Below are positions 21,134 to 31,559 of a stretch of 64,000 nt of DNA, in pieces. The notes beneath the pieces were generated by a model, which made no database searches, was not told where the DNA came from, and was given only the letters and a program-made list of their open reading frames with translations. This DNA is from an uncultured Gammaproteobacteria bacterium (GTDB lineage: Bacteria > Pseudomonadota > Gammaproteobacteria > JABCZS01). Both the position numbers and the translations under genes were made by a program. The stretch spans positions 1,344,001 through 1,408,000 of the forward strand of contig CAWKDC010000001.1 in the NCBI GenBank assembly GCA_963848305.1. Direction: 5' to 3'. The stretch's first letter is position 1; each line of letters opens with the position of its first letter.

Positions 21134-21967
21134 CTGCATTGCCATCTGCTTGCCATTTTTTTCAGTGGGTTCGGATCCATGAAGAGTATGCTGGCTGCGA
21201 TATTTTTAACATGATCAAGCCCACTCATTCATTGGGTTTTTCTGTTCAGGATTTTAAAGTGTTTACAAACGACAATGTTCAGTGCATTGAAGTGAATTTT
21301 TTATCCTTACTGGGCGCGATGTCGCCCTTGCCGCATCACTTATCTTCTACTGACATTGAATCAGAGGCTTATCACTCATTCATTCACTTATTGAATCGCA
21401 TTTTTTACCGTGCATTCTATGCCGCATGGAAATCTACCCATGCATATTATTTTCAATCGGATCGTGGGATGTATCGAGAGTATTTCTCTCATCTTGCGCC
21501 ATCCCCCTTTTTGGCAACATCATTTTTCCAGTATACCCCTACAATAGCCGGCTTGCGAAGTTTATTGCATCGCGTTTGTCATCCTGTGCCCGTGTCTGCG
21601 TACATCGAATCTTGTTACCGTGATATTTCCGTTGGTCAAGCATTGTTAGGTTCACTGTCAAGCTTGTCAAGCAATGCGATATTAGGTGCACGCGTTTTAT
21701 CACAGCAAGGACAATTGCGATTGAAATTTGACCATTGTCTTGCGTCGAAGCAAAACAATGGTTGCCTTCTGAAAAGAAGGCAGTTTTATTTTATCTTTAT
21801 TGAATCGCTATGGTGCATCATGTTTGGCATTGTGCTTTGAAATATTGATTGATGCGCAGATCACACAATCTTGTTTAGGCGCGGGCGATCAATTGTCTCG
21901 CTATGCATTTCTGGGGAAGAGTGGGCGGAAAACCGCCATGTTTTGCTGGATCCCGGATAAACGCTGA
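21097..21967 (+). CDS. tssG: T6SS baseplate subunit TssG; two indels at ~21730 and ~21790
   Basis: FFQWVR, SLGF, VNFLSLLGAMSPLP, FYAAWK. The C-terminus continues in other frames (GPLSCVEAKQWLP; LLNRY...LG...FLG) to TGA 21967. Confidence 0.8.
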
Positions 21968-21986
21968 CGCGTTTTCCGGGATGACG
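21946..21986. repeat. CGTC-type REP-like palindrome at the right edge of the T6SS cluster
   Basis: Reverse complement CGTCATCCCGGAAAACGCGTCAGCGTTTATCCGGGATCCAG; similar to the hairpins in the mpl duplication. Confidence 0.7.
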
Positions 21987-22012
21987 TGTTCACAAAATAA
22001 ATTGCTGTGACC

Positions 22013-23239
22013 CTAATTTGACGCCTTATTCTTCTCTTTCTTCACATCCGGCGCTTGCGGTGGTAACTTGGAGTTCACTACGATGGAAGCGATAAATGCT
22101 GCAGCTAAAAAGATAATCACTTTTGCGACATAATCATCACTTTCAAAGAAGGCCAGACCAGAAATATCATCCTTTTTAAACATGGCCAAAGTACTGGCCA
22201 CACCCAAGAATGCCAAGGGTGCATTAGCTGCTGCATTGATTGGCCAGAATGTGAGAAATGTGTTTTTCTTCCATCCTTCAATTGGTTTTTCTTCATCTTG
22301 ATCTTTTTCATCAAAGCCATTTTTTTCCGAATCCAGATAAGATTTCATGAGACCCTTTGCGCGATCCATGTAAAGCGGCACTTGGGTGAGGGTGATCAGG
22401 ATCAATAATGTGAGCGCGGCATATTCGCTGCCTGCGGAGGTCTCAATGTCGTCTAAAGGTGTATGGTCGCCACCGACCCAGGTAAACCATTTTGCGAGGG
22501 TGGGCGTGCAAATGAGTGCAGTGCCAAGCACGCCTATCACGATCGATCCCAGAAGGAAATAATATCCCATTTTTGCACCTGGTTTTGAATTCTCAAAATC
22601 AGGTAACAGCGCCTGTATCGATTTTTTATCAGAGATTTTTTCAAAGGCTTCTCGCATGGGCTTGAGCATCAGGCGAAATTCGGCATACCCTACAACACAC
22701 GTAAAGATGGCAATTGAAATCCACGCTTTACCATTGCGATCGGGATTTTCATCCTCAACAAGATCCTTGCTAGAGCCAAATTCATCCATTAATGAGTCGA
22801 TAGTCGCTTGCAAACCATAAGCTGTGATCAAACCCAGTACAAATGCAGACAGCAAGGTGGCGATCCAAGCACTACGGTGCGCATTTTTATGTCGTTCTTG
22901 TGCGGCTTCTGTTTTGTCTTTATGTACCAGCCCCTTGATGATGTCCTCACGAACCAACATGCCGTTGATAATCAAGACGCTGAGAAATGCAATGCCTGCT
23001 AAGGGTGCAGCGTAAGACCAGTCGATGTCGATGTGCGTATCCCCATCAGGCATACTCGGGTCGTTCGGGACTTCATTGCCCAACAGGAGTAGCATATAGC
23101 CTGCAGTGCCCCCCGCTTGGAGCAGGCCGTAACCCATCATGGATAAAAGATAGGCGAGATAGAGACGCGCTTGTGCGTGTTTTTTATATTTTGATGATTC
23201 ATCATAGTTAGTATCTGCGAACCACTGCGACGTTGTCAT
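22013..23239 (-). CDS. Orphan ~8-TM membrane protein (paralog of 25869..26966)
   Basis: Long ORF with about eight hydrophobic segments; G-rich RBS before ATG 23239 and a promoter upstream. Confidence 0.75.
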   Translation of the reverse strand: MTTSQWFADTNYDESSKYKKHAQARLYLAYLLSMMGYGLLQAGGTAGYMLLLLGNEVPNDPSMPDGDTHIDIDWSYAAPLAGIAFLSVLIINGMLVREDIIKGLVHKDKTEAAQERHKNAHRSAWIATLLSAFVLGLITAYGLQATIDSLMDEFGSSKDLVEDENPDRNGKAWISIAIFTCVVGYAEFRLMLKPMREAFEKISDKKSIQALLPDFENSKPGAKMGYYFLLGSIVIGVLGTALICTPTLAKWFTWVGGDHTPLDDIETSAGSEYAALTLLILITLTQVPLYMDRAKGLMKSYLDSEKNGFDEKDQDEEKPIEGWKKNTFLTFWPINAAANAPLAFLGVASTLAMFKKDDISGLAFFESDDYVAKVIIFLAAAFIASIVVNSKLPPQAPDVKKEKNKASN

Positions 23240-23270
23240 ACTACCCCCAAACCCATCCACCCAATAATCC

Positions 23271-23299
23271 AGCTTACCGAAATCGCCACATAATTGCAA
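23271..23299 (-). promoter_or_regulatory. sigma70-like promoter of the 8-TM orphan
   Basis: TTGCAA-17 nt-TAAGCT on the minus strand. Confidence 0.5.
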
Positions 23300-23354
23300 T
23301 CAATTCATTAACATTACTCTATAATTAAGGCATTCCATCACAGGGCCGAATGAA

Positions 23355-24173
23355 ATGAGCAGACCTCAATCCATTGATTTATCAGCATTAAAATCAACTC
23401 TGCCCGCGAGAAACGTAACCGCTCATAAAGGTGATTTCGGGACAATTTTAGTGATTGGCGGCTCGCCAGGGATGTCCGGCGCGGTGCTTTTGGCCGGCGA
23501 AGCGGCATTGCGGGCTGGGGCAGGCCGGGTGATCATTGCCACGCATCCTGAGCATGCCGCTTGCCTCAACGTGGATTGCCCTGAATTGATGGTGTACCCC
23601 GTATTAACGGGTGAAGCGCTCGCGCCCTTACTCGCCCAAGCCAGCCACATCGTGCTGGAACCGGGTTTGGCGGCTGATGCTGCGGGCATTGAACTCTTCC
23701 AAACCACACTGGCCACTCAGAAACCCTGCGTGATCGACGCAGGGGCATTAGCCATCATGGCGACTCACCCATTTTCTTATCCGCATGGTATCTTAACGCC
23801 TCATCCTGGCGAGGCTGCTCGGTTGCTGGGTATCTCTGTGGAAGATGTCCAAGCAAACAGACCGGCTGCAGCACGTCGTCTTCAGACCCTGTGTCAGGGT
23901 GTGATTGTTTTAAAGGGGCATGATACCTTGATTGATGATGGCAATGACTTGTATGTGTCTCACGCAGGCAATCCCGGGATGGCCACGGCGGGGATGGGAG
24001 ATGTGTTATCGGGCGTGATTGCCGGGTTGTGGCCTCAAGTGGGCACCGCATCGTTGGCTGCGCAATGGGGTGTGGCATTACATGGCACTGCCGGTGATCA
24101 AGCTGCAAAAGCGGGGATGCGGGGGTTGATTGCGAGTGATTTGTTGCCGTTCATTCGTTCATTATTGGGATAA
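23355..24173 (+). CDS. nnrD: ADP-dependent NAD(P)H-hydrate dehydratase (stand-alone YjeF C-terminal domain)
   Basis: HKGDFG, GMSGAVLLAG, VIDAGAL, LTPHPGEAARL, MATAGMGDVLSG. Confidence 0.92.
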   Translation: MSRPQSIDLSALKSTLPARNVTAHKGDFGTILVIGGSPGMSGAVLLAGEAALRAGAGRVIIATHPEHAACLNVDCPELMVYPVLTGEALAPLLAQASHIVLEPGLAADAAGIELFQTTLATQKPCVIDAGALAIMATHPFSYPHGILTPHPGEAARLLGISVEDVQANRPAAARRLQTLCQGVIVLKGHDTLIDDGNDLYVSHAGNPGMATAGMGDVLSGVIAGLWPQVGTASLAAQWGVALHGTAGDQAAKAGMRGLIASDLLPFIRSLLG

Positions 24174-24175
24174 GT

Positions 24176-24634
24176 ATGAAATTTGTGTTAAAAAATGAAG
24201 CAGAGACTTTACGTTTTGGTGAAATTGTGGCGCAAGTTGTCGATCATATCTCGGTTTTGTACTTGAAAGGATCTTTGGGTGCGGGCAAAACCACATTCGC
24301 CAGAGGGCTGCTGCGTGGCATGGGCCATGAAGGTTTTGTGAAAAGTCCTACCTTCACACTCGTTGAACCTTACTTAGACACAAAAAAACCTGTTTATCAT
24401 TTCGATTTATATCGTTTAAATGACCCAGAAGCGCTAGAATACATGGGGATACGTGATTATTTGAGTAACAAACATTTATGTGTGTTTGAATGGCCGGAGT
24501 TGGGGGGCGACCATGTTCCTGCGGCGGATCTCACCATTCAGTTTGAGTTTAAAGGCGAGGGGCGTGTGGCACACTGCTTTGCTGGCAGCGACCAAGGAAT
24601 GAAGGCATGCGAGTATTTACAAAAACATGTGTAG
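24176..24634 (+). CDS. tsaE: tRNA t6A biosynthesis ATPase TsaE
   Basis: GSLGAGKTTF, VKSPTFTLVEPY, HFDLYRL. Confidence 0.96.
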   Translation: MKFVLKNEAETLRFGEIVAQVVDHISVLYLKGSLGAGKTTFARGLLRGMGHEGFVKSPTFTLVEPYLDTKKPVYHFDLYRLNDPEALEYMGIRDYLSNKHLCVFEWPELGGDHVPAADLTIQFEFKGEGRVAHCFAGSDQGMKACEYLQKHV

Positions 24635-25791
24635 CGTTGATGATCAGCGTGTTGCTTGGGCCGCTGGCTACCTGGGCTTCACAGATCAAAGAAATGCGCG
24701 TTTGGCCGCAGCCAGGTACTACGCGTGTCGTGTTCGATTTATCAGGTCCTGTAGAATACAAAGCATTCACGATTGAAAATCCTCACCGCTTGGTATTGGA
24801 TATCCAAAAAAGCCAATCTGTCATGACCGAACCGAGGTTTGATTGGGCACAAACACCTATTAAAGGTGTGCGCACCAGTCCGCAAGCGAATGGGGATATC
24901 CGCATTGTGTTTGATCTGCGTCGCCCTATTAAAGAAGACACGTTCACACTCAAGCCAAATGGGCCTTACGGCCATCGTTTGGTGATTGACATGAATGATA
25001 TTGGCCAGGCAGCGCCTGTTGCCGCGACACCCGCGGCCAAGCCTACGACGACTGCCCGTTCCCCCCAACGCGCTTTTATTGTGGCGATTGATGCGGGGCA
25101 TGGCGGGGAAGATCCCGGCGCGGCTGCCAAAGGCACCCGCGAGAAAGATGTTGCGCTTCAAATTGCCAAAGAATTGCATGCACAAATGTCCAAACAAAAG
25201 GGGTTGAAGCCTGTGCTGGTGCGTTCGGGTGATTATTTTATCCCACTGCGAACACGTATCACCAAGGCCCGTCAAGCACAAGCGGATTTATTCATTTCCA
25301 TTCATGCCGATGCGTTTCACCGCAAACAGGCGAAGGGCGCATCCGTGTATACCCTTTCTTCGCGTGGAGCCTCGAGTGAAGCCGCGCGTTGGTTAGCAGA
25401 AAGTGAAAACCGGGCGGATTTGGTCGGTGGCGTTAGCTTGAATGACAAGGATGATGTGCTGGCGAAAGTGCTATTGGACTTGTCCCAAACCATGAGCAGC
25501 GAATCATCTTTTACCGTGGGGAATGCCGTGTTGAAACGTCTCGGTCGAGTGACAGACTTGCACGGCAATCGCGTTCAGCAAGCTGGGTTTGCAGTGTTGA
25601 AGTCGCCTGATATTCCGTCCATTTTGGTGGAAACCGAGTTCATTTCAAACCCTGCCTCTGAGCAGAAATTGCGCTCGAAAGCCTATCAGCGTGAGGTCGC
25701 TCAAGCCATTTTGGCCGGTGTGAATGAATACCTTCAAGACAATGCCCACCAGTATCAAGACTTACCGATTGCTCAGCCTGTCACGCGGTAA
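24607..25791 (+). CDS. amiB: N-acetylmuramoyl-L-alanine amidase (AMIN + Amidase_3)
   Basis: Signal peptide, TRVVFDL, IDAGHGGEDPGA, FISIHAD, AGFAVLKSPDIPSILVE; tsaE-amiB-mutL synteny. Confidence 0.9.
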   Translation: MRVFTKTCVALMISVLLGPLATWASQIKEMRVWPQPGTTRVVFDLSGPVEYKAFTIENPHRLVLDIQKSQSVMTEPRFDWAQTPIKGVRTSPQANGDIRIVFDLRRPIKEDTFTLKPNGPYGHRLVIDMNDIGQAAPVAATPAAKPTTTARSPQRAFIVAIDAGHGGEDPGAAAKGTREKDVALQIAKELHAQMSKQKGLKPVLVRSGDYFIPLRTRITKARQAQADLFISIHADAFHRKQAKGASVYTLSSRGASSEAARWLAESENRADLVGGVSLNDKDDVLAKVLLDLSQTMSSESSFTVGNAVLKRLGRVTDLHGNRVQQAGFAVLKSPDIPSILVETEFISNPASEQKLRSKAYQREVAQAILAGVNEYLQDNAHQYQDLPIAQPVTR

Positions 25792-25799
25792 AAAAATGC

Positions 25800-25828
25800 T
25801 TGACATTGATCCCCCCTAGTCCTAAGAT
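25800..25828 (+). promoter_or_regulatory. sigma70 promoter of the orphan inserted between amiB and mutL
   Basis: TTGACA-17 nt-TAAGAT. Confidence 0.65.
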
Positions 25829-25868
25829 GCGTAGCTCAAACCTTTCTCAATGCATTGGGGGGCGTGGT

Positions 25869-26966
25869 ATGGCAGCAGTAATTATCGAAGAAGAAAACGA
25901 ACCACCGGGCGGACAACAGCAGATTCGTGGCAGGATAGCTGCGCTTGCACAAATACAAGAAAGTGAAGATACTAAAGCTAAAGCTCAACGCGAATGGGAT
26001 TCTCTCCGCCGCTGGAACAATGCCGGCGAATTTGCCGCCATTATCGGTGCATTGGCCGCAGGCGCAGCTTCAACCGCGTACTTCTCCATCATGTGGGAAA
26101 ATCCAGTTTGGGAAGAGGGGGATTTCCTGCTGCCTTCCGCCATCTTTATGGCGGTATCTGCTGCCAGTTGGTATATGTACCGCCTGGATGTCGTGGAATC
26201 CTTTATTTTGTCATTCTCATCGATCAAGCTTCAGCAAGAACAAGACAATAGCTGTGGCAATAAATATCCTATTTGTTTAGTGCTCCTTGCCCTCGCCGTG
26301 TTGTTCACTGTGTCTATGGATCTGTCTTTAACAGGTTTCGGTGTATTTGAGTTTTTTGAGGGTGATCAAAACGCGCAGATTGGATTTGTGATCGCTGTTT
26401 GTGCTGCGTCCCTCTTCGCGGAAGGGGCTCAGCAATTCAAATATATCAAAGATGTCTTTGATTGGAACAAACTGAAAGCCATGGTGAAACCTCCTGAAAG
26501 CGCATCCGGGTCGTTTTATGTGTATAGTTTTGCCAGTTTGTTTGCGATGACATTCTATGGCATGACAGTTTTTCGCTTGCTGGAAGAAATGGGGGATGCT
26601 TTCGCCATAGCATTGGTGACCCTGTATGTTTTATTCAGCATGCCATACTATTGCAACAAAGCCGCTGATCAAGTGCGTGCTGATAAAAATTCAACTACAA
26701 TCATATTCAGCAGATTCAACGCAGCACGTGCGGGCAATATGTTGGGAGATATTTGTTTTTCTTTATATGGTTTTTTTGAAACCATGCGAGCAACAGGGCA
26801 GCTTGAAAAACCGCACGATCTCATAGAGAATATCGATGATTTTAAAACCCAAGGTTTATTATTCCTGGGATTATTGGTCGTGGTCGCCACGTGTGTTTCT
26901 TCCTACACACTGACGGCGGAATGCAATAAAGATGGTTACTTCAAAAGGTTGAACAAATTGAAATGA
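25869..26966 (+). CDS. Orphan ~8-TM membrane protein (paralog of 22013..23239)
   Basis: About eight hydrophobic helices; ATG 25869 follows a G-rich RBS downstream of the promoter; stop overlaps the mutL start (ATGA). Confidence 0.75.
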   Translation: MAAVIIEEENEPPGGQQQIRGRIAALAQIQESEDTKAKAQREWDSLRRWNNAGEFAAIIGALAAGAASTAYFSIMWENPVWEEGDFLLPSAIFMAVSAASWYMYRLDVVESFILSFSSIKLQQEQDNSCGNKYPICLVLLALAVLFTVSMDLSLTGFGVFEFFEGDQNAQIGFVIAVCAASLFAEGAQQFKYIKDVFDWNKLKAMVKPPESASGSFYVYSFASLFAMTFYGMTVFRLLEEMGDAFAIALVTLYVLFSMPYYCNKAADQVRADKNSTTIIFSRFNAARAGNMLGDICFSLYGFFETMRATGQLEKPHDLIENIDDFKTQGLLFLGLLVVVATCVSSYTLTAECNKDGYFKRLNKLK

Positions 26967-28519
26967 ATGATCGCATTCAACTCCTTTCCCCTTTTTTGTC
27001 AAACCAAATTGCCGCCGGTGAAGTGGTAGAACGACCTGCCTCTGTCGTGAAAGAATTGATTGAAAATAGTTTGGATGCGGGGGCGACGCAAATCAAATTA
27101 ATCCTCGAAAAAGGCGGTACGACTTTAATCCGCATTGAAGACAATGGCCGTGGCATTCATCCCGATGATATGTTATTGGCATTGGCTGCGCATTCTACGA
27201 GTAAAATTGCGGCACCCTCCGATTTGGCACAAATCAGCACACTCGGGTTTCGCGGCGAAGCATTGGCGAGTATTGCATCTGTCTCGCGATTAACGCTGAC
27301 CTCTTGCCGCGCGCCACATGAAGCTTTGAGTGTTCATGTGGAAGGACGTGAGATGCGTCCTGTCGTGAAACCGGCTGCGCATCCGGTAGGGACGAGCGTG
27401 GAAGTGAAACATTTGTTTTTCAACACACCTGCGCGCCAAAAATTTTTAAAAAGTGAACGCAGTGAATTGCTCGCGATTGAAGAGGTGTTGAAAAGAATTG
27501 TGCTGATGCATCCTGCCGTGTCCTTTCATATGTATCACGATCACAAATGTATCAAGCGTTATGATCCAACGCAGGATTTCAAGCCGCGTATTCAACAAGT
27601 GTTGTCACGTGCATTCATTGACAAATCTTTTTACGTCGATGCCTCTATCACACAAATGCGGTTGTATGGATGGCTGGGGGCTTGTGAGGATGCGCGCTCC
27701 AGCCATGATCAAGCTCATTTTTATGTGAATGGCAGGCCTTTGCGCGATAAAGTATTGATGCACGCCGTGCGTTCAGCCTACGGTGATCAGCTATTTGTGG
27801 GTCGCTACCCATCCTATGTGTTATTTTTAGAGTGTGACCCTGCCAGTGTGGATGTGAATGTGCATCCAACTAAACATGAAGTGCGTTTCCGAGAAGCGCG
27901 GTTAGTGCATGATTTTATTGTGAGCACTGTACAACAATCAATTTCGCCAAATACCATGTCGGTGCCTTCGCAAGGAATCCCTGTGATTCCTCAACGTCCA
28001 TTCGTGCAATCCCCTGTTTTCAATGTGATGAAATCTGCAGAATTTACATTGGGTAAAATTGTTGCTGTGTTGTCTCAGTCCGTGGTCGTGTTGCAAAAAA
28101 ATGATCACTTGATCGCAATCGATTGGCAAACTACGCTGATAAAATATGCTGTGGCCCGTTTTCAACAAGATCAATCTTCAGGTGGAGTGTCCACATTTCC
28201 TTTATTAGAACCGATTACCTTGCCCGGCATTTTTTCCGATGAAACGATTGAGCATGATCAAGCGTTGGGTTTTGTGATCCAATGTGTTGCGAAATCACAT
28301 TATATCTTGCGTGAAATACCCCGATGTTTCCAGGGAGTGGATTGTCGCACAGTTGATTTTGCAAACATGACGGATATCGTCGCATCCTTTGCAAAAGCCT
28401 GGGCTGTTTCACATCCCATGGACCATCAATCTATCACACAAACATTAATCGGCTGTGAAGCCATATTGGGCATCGAGGGCATTGTTGCGCGCGATTATGC
28501 GCCGAGTGATTTTCTATAG
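26963..28519 (+). CDS. mutL: DNA mismatch repair protein MutL (short, divergent C-terminal domain)
   Basis: NQIAAGEVVERPASVVKELIENSLDAGA, TLGFRGEALAS, VDVNVHPTKHEVRF. Confidence 0.95.
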   Translation: MNDRIQLLSPFLSNQIAAGEVVERPASVVKELIENSLDAGATQIKLILEKGGTTLIRIEDNGRGIHPDDMLLALAAHSTSKIAAPSDLAQISTLGFRGEALASIASVSRLTLTSCRAPHEALSVHVEGREMRPVVKPAAHPVGTSVEVKHLFFNTPARQKFLKSERSELLAIEEVLKRIVLMHPAVSFHMYHDHKCIKRYDPTQDFKPRIQQVLSRAFIDKSFYVDASITQMRLYGWLGACEDARSSHDQAHFYVNGRPLRDKVLMHAVRSAYGDQLFVGRYPSYVLFLECDPASVDVNVHPTKHEVRFREARLVHDFIVSTVQQSISPNTMSVPSQGIPVIPQRPFVQSPVFNVMKSAEFTLGKIVAVLSQSVVVLQKNDHLIAIDWQTTLIKYAVARFQQDQSSGGVSTFPLLEPITLPGIFSDETIEHDQALGFVIQCVAKSHYILREIPRCFQGVDCRTVDFANMTDIVASFAKAWAVSHPMDHQSITQTLIGCEAILGIEGIVARDYAPSDFL

Positions 28520-28534
28520 GGGTGCAGCATATTA

Positions 28535-29451
28535 ATGAAAAAAGTGATCTTCCTCATGGCCTGACCGGTTCGGGTAAAACGGCAATGGCGTTGAAAATGG
28601 CGGATGAAGGCAATGTCGCTTTGATCAGTGTCGACGCGACACAGGTGTATCGTGGGCTGGATATTGGCAGTGCGAAGTTATCGCCTGCATTATTACAACA
28701 ATACCCGCATGCATTGATTGATATCTGTGATCCCGCCACTCCTTATAATGTCGCTGATTTTTGTCGCGATGCGATGGCAGCCATTGAAACAGCATTTGAT
28801 CAATCTAAAACCCCTTTGCTGGTCGGCGGCACCATGATGTATTTTCGCGCATTGATGAATGGATTATCACAATTGCCTCACGCTGATCCCAGCATTCGCG
28901 CCGCGATTTTATCAGAAGCCCATGAACGCGGCTGGCCTGCATTGCATGCGGATTTGACAACATTTGATCCCATCACTGCAGAACGATTAAAATCGAACGA
29001 TGCACAACGCATTTCGCGTGCGATAGAAGTGTATCGCATGACAGGGCAACCCTTATCTACATTTCAATCCGCGACCACATCTGCTTTTCCGTATCCGATT
29101 GAAGCGATTGGTTTGATGCCGCACGATCGCGCCGTCTTGCATGCCAGGTTAGAAAAGCGGTTTGATGATATGCTTGCTGCTGGTTTTCTTGATGAAGTGC
29201 GTGCACTGCGTGCGCGCGGGGATTTGCACCGCGATTTACCTGCTTTAAAATCTGTTGGCTATGCGCAAGCTTGGGCGTATTTATCGGACGAGATTGATTT
29301 TGATACATTCCGCTATCAAAGTATCGTGGCCACACGTCAATTGGCCAAACGTCAAATGACCTGGCTCAGAAGTTGGCCGGGTGTTACTCTGAACGACCCA
29401 TCTGATCGAAATCATCCGGCACTTCAATTTCACCACGTAAAAAATCTGTGA
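28535..29451 (+). CDS. miaA: tRNA dimethylallyltransferase; -1 indel at ~28560
   Basis: MKKVIFLM[GP]TGSGKT across the indel, ISVDATQVYRGLDIGSAK, VGGTMMY, TRQLAKRQMTW. Confidence 0.93.
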
Positions 29452-29667
29452 CTAGTCCAACTACTTTGACTTTGGGCTCCCCTGCTACGAAAGCATGAAG
29501 GTGATCCCCTTCTGTCGCCACGCTGATTGCCACCAACGCATTGAAGCCTTGGCAAGCCTTTTGTTTGGCTGATTTCAAGCTACTCAGCATAAATCTTTCG
29601 CAACTTCTCATTTTTTCGCTACACTCAGTGTACAATGTAGCGCGTCATTATTTATCAAGGTGCCATC

Positions 29668-31547
<1,880 letters not shown>

Positions 31548-31559
31548 GAGGTATATTTT

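Noticed and set aside
23300-23330. PmrA-type box upstream of the 8-TM orphan
   Set aside because: Only a partial match in AT-rich DNA, and the spacing to a -10 element is not convincing.
29452-29667. ncRNA or small gene (ORF 29384..29635) between miaA and parE
   Set aside because: Only short hairpins; no recognisable tmRNA, SRP or riboswitch motif and no convincing RBS.
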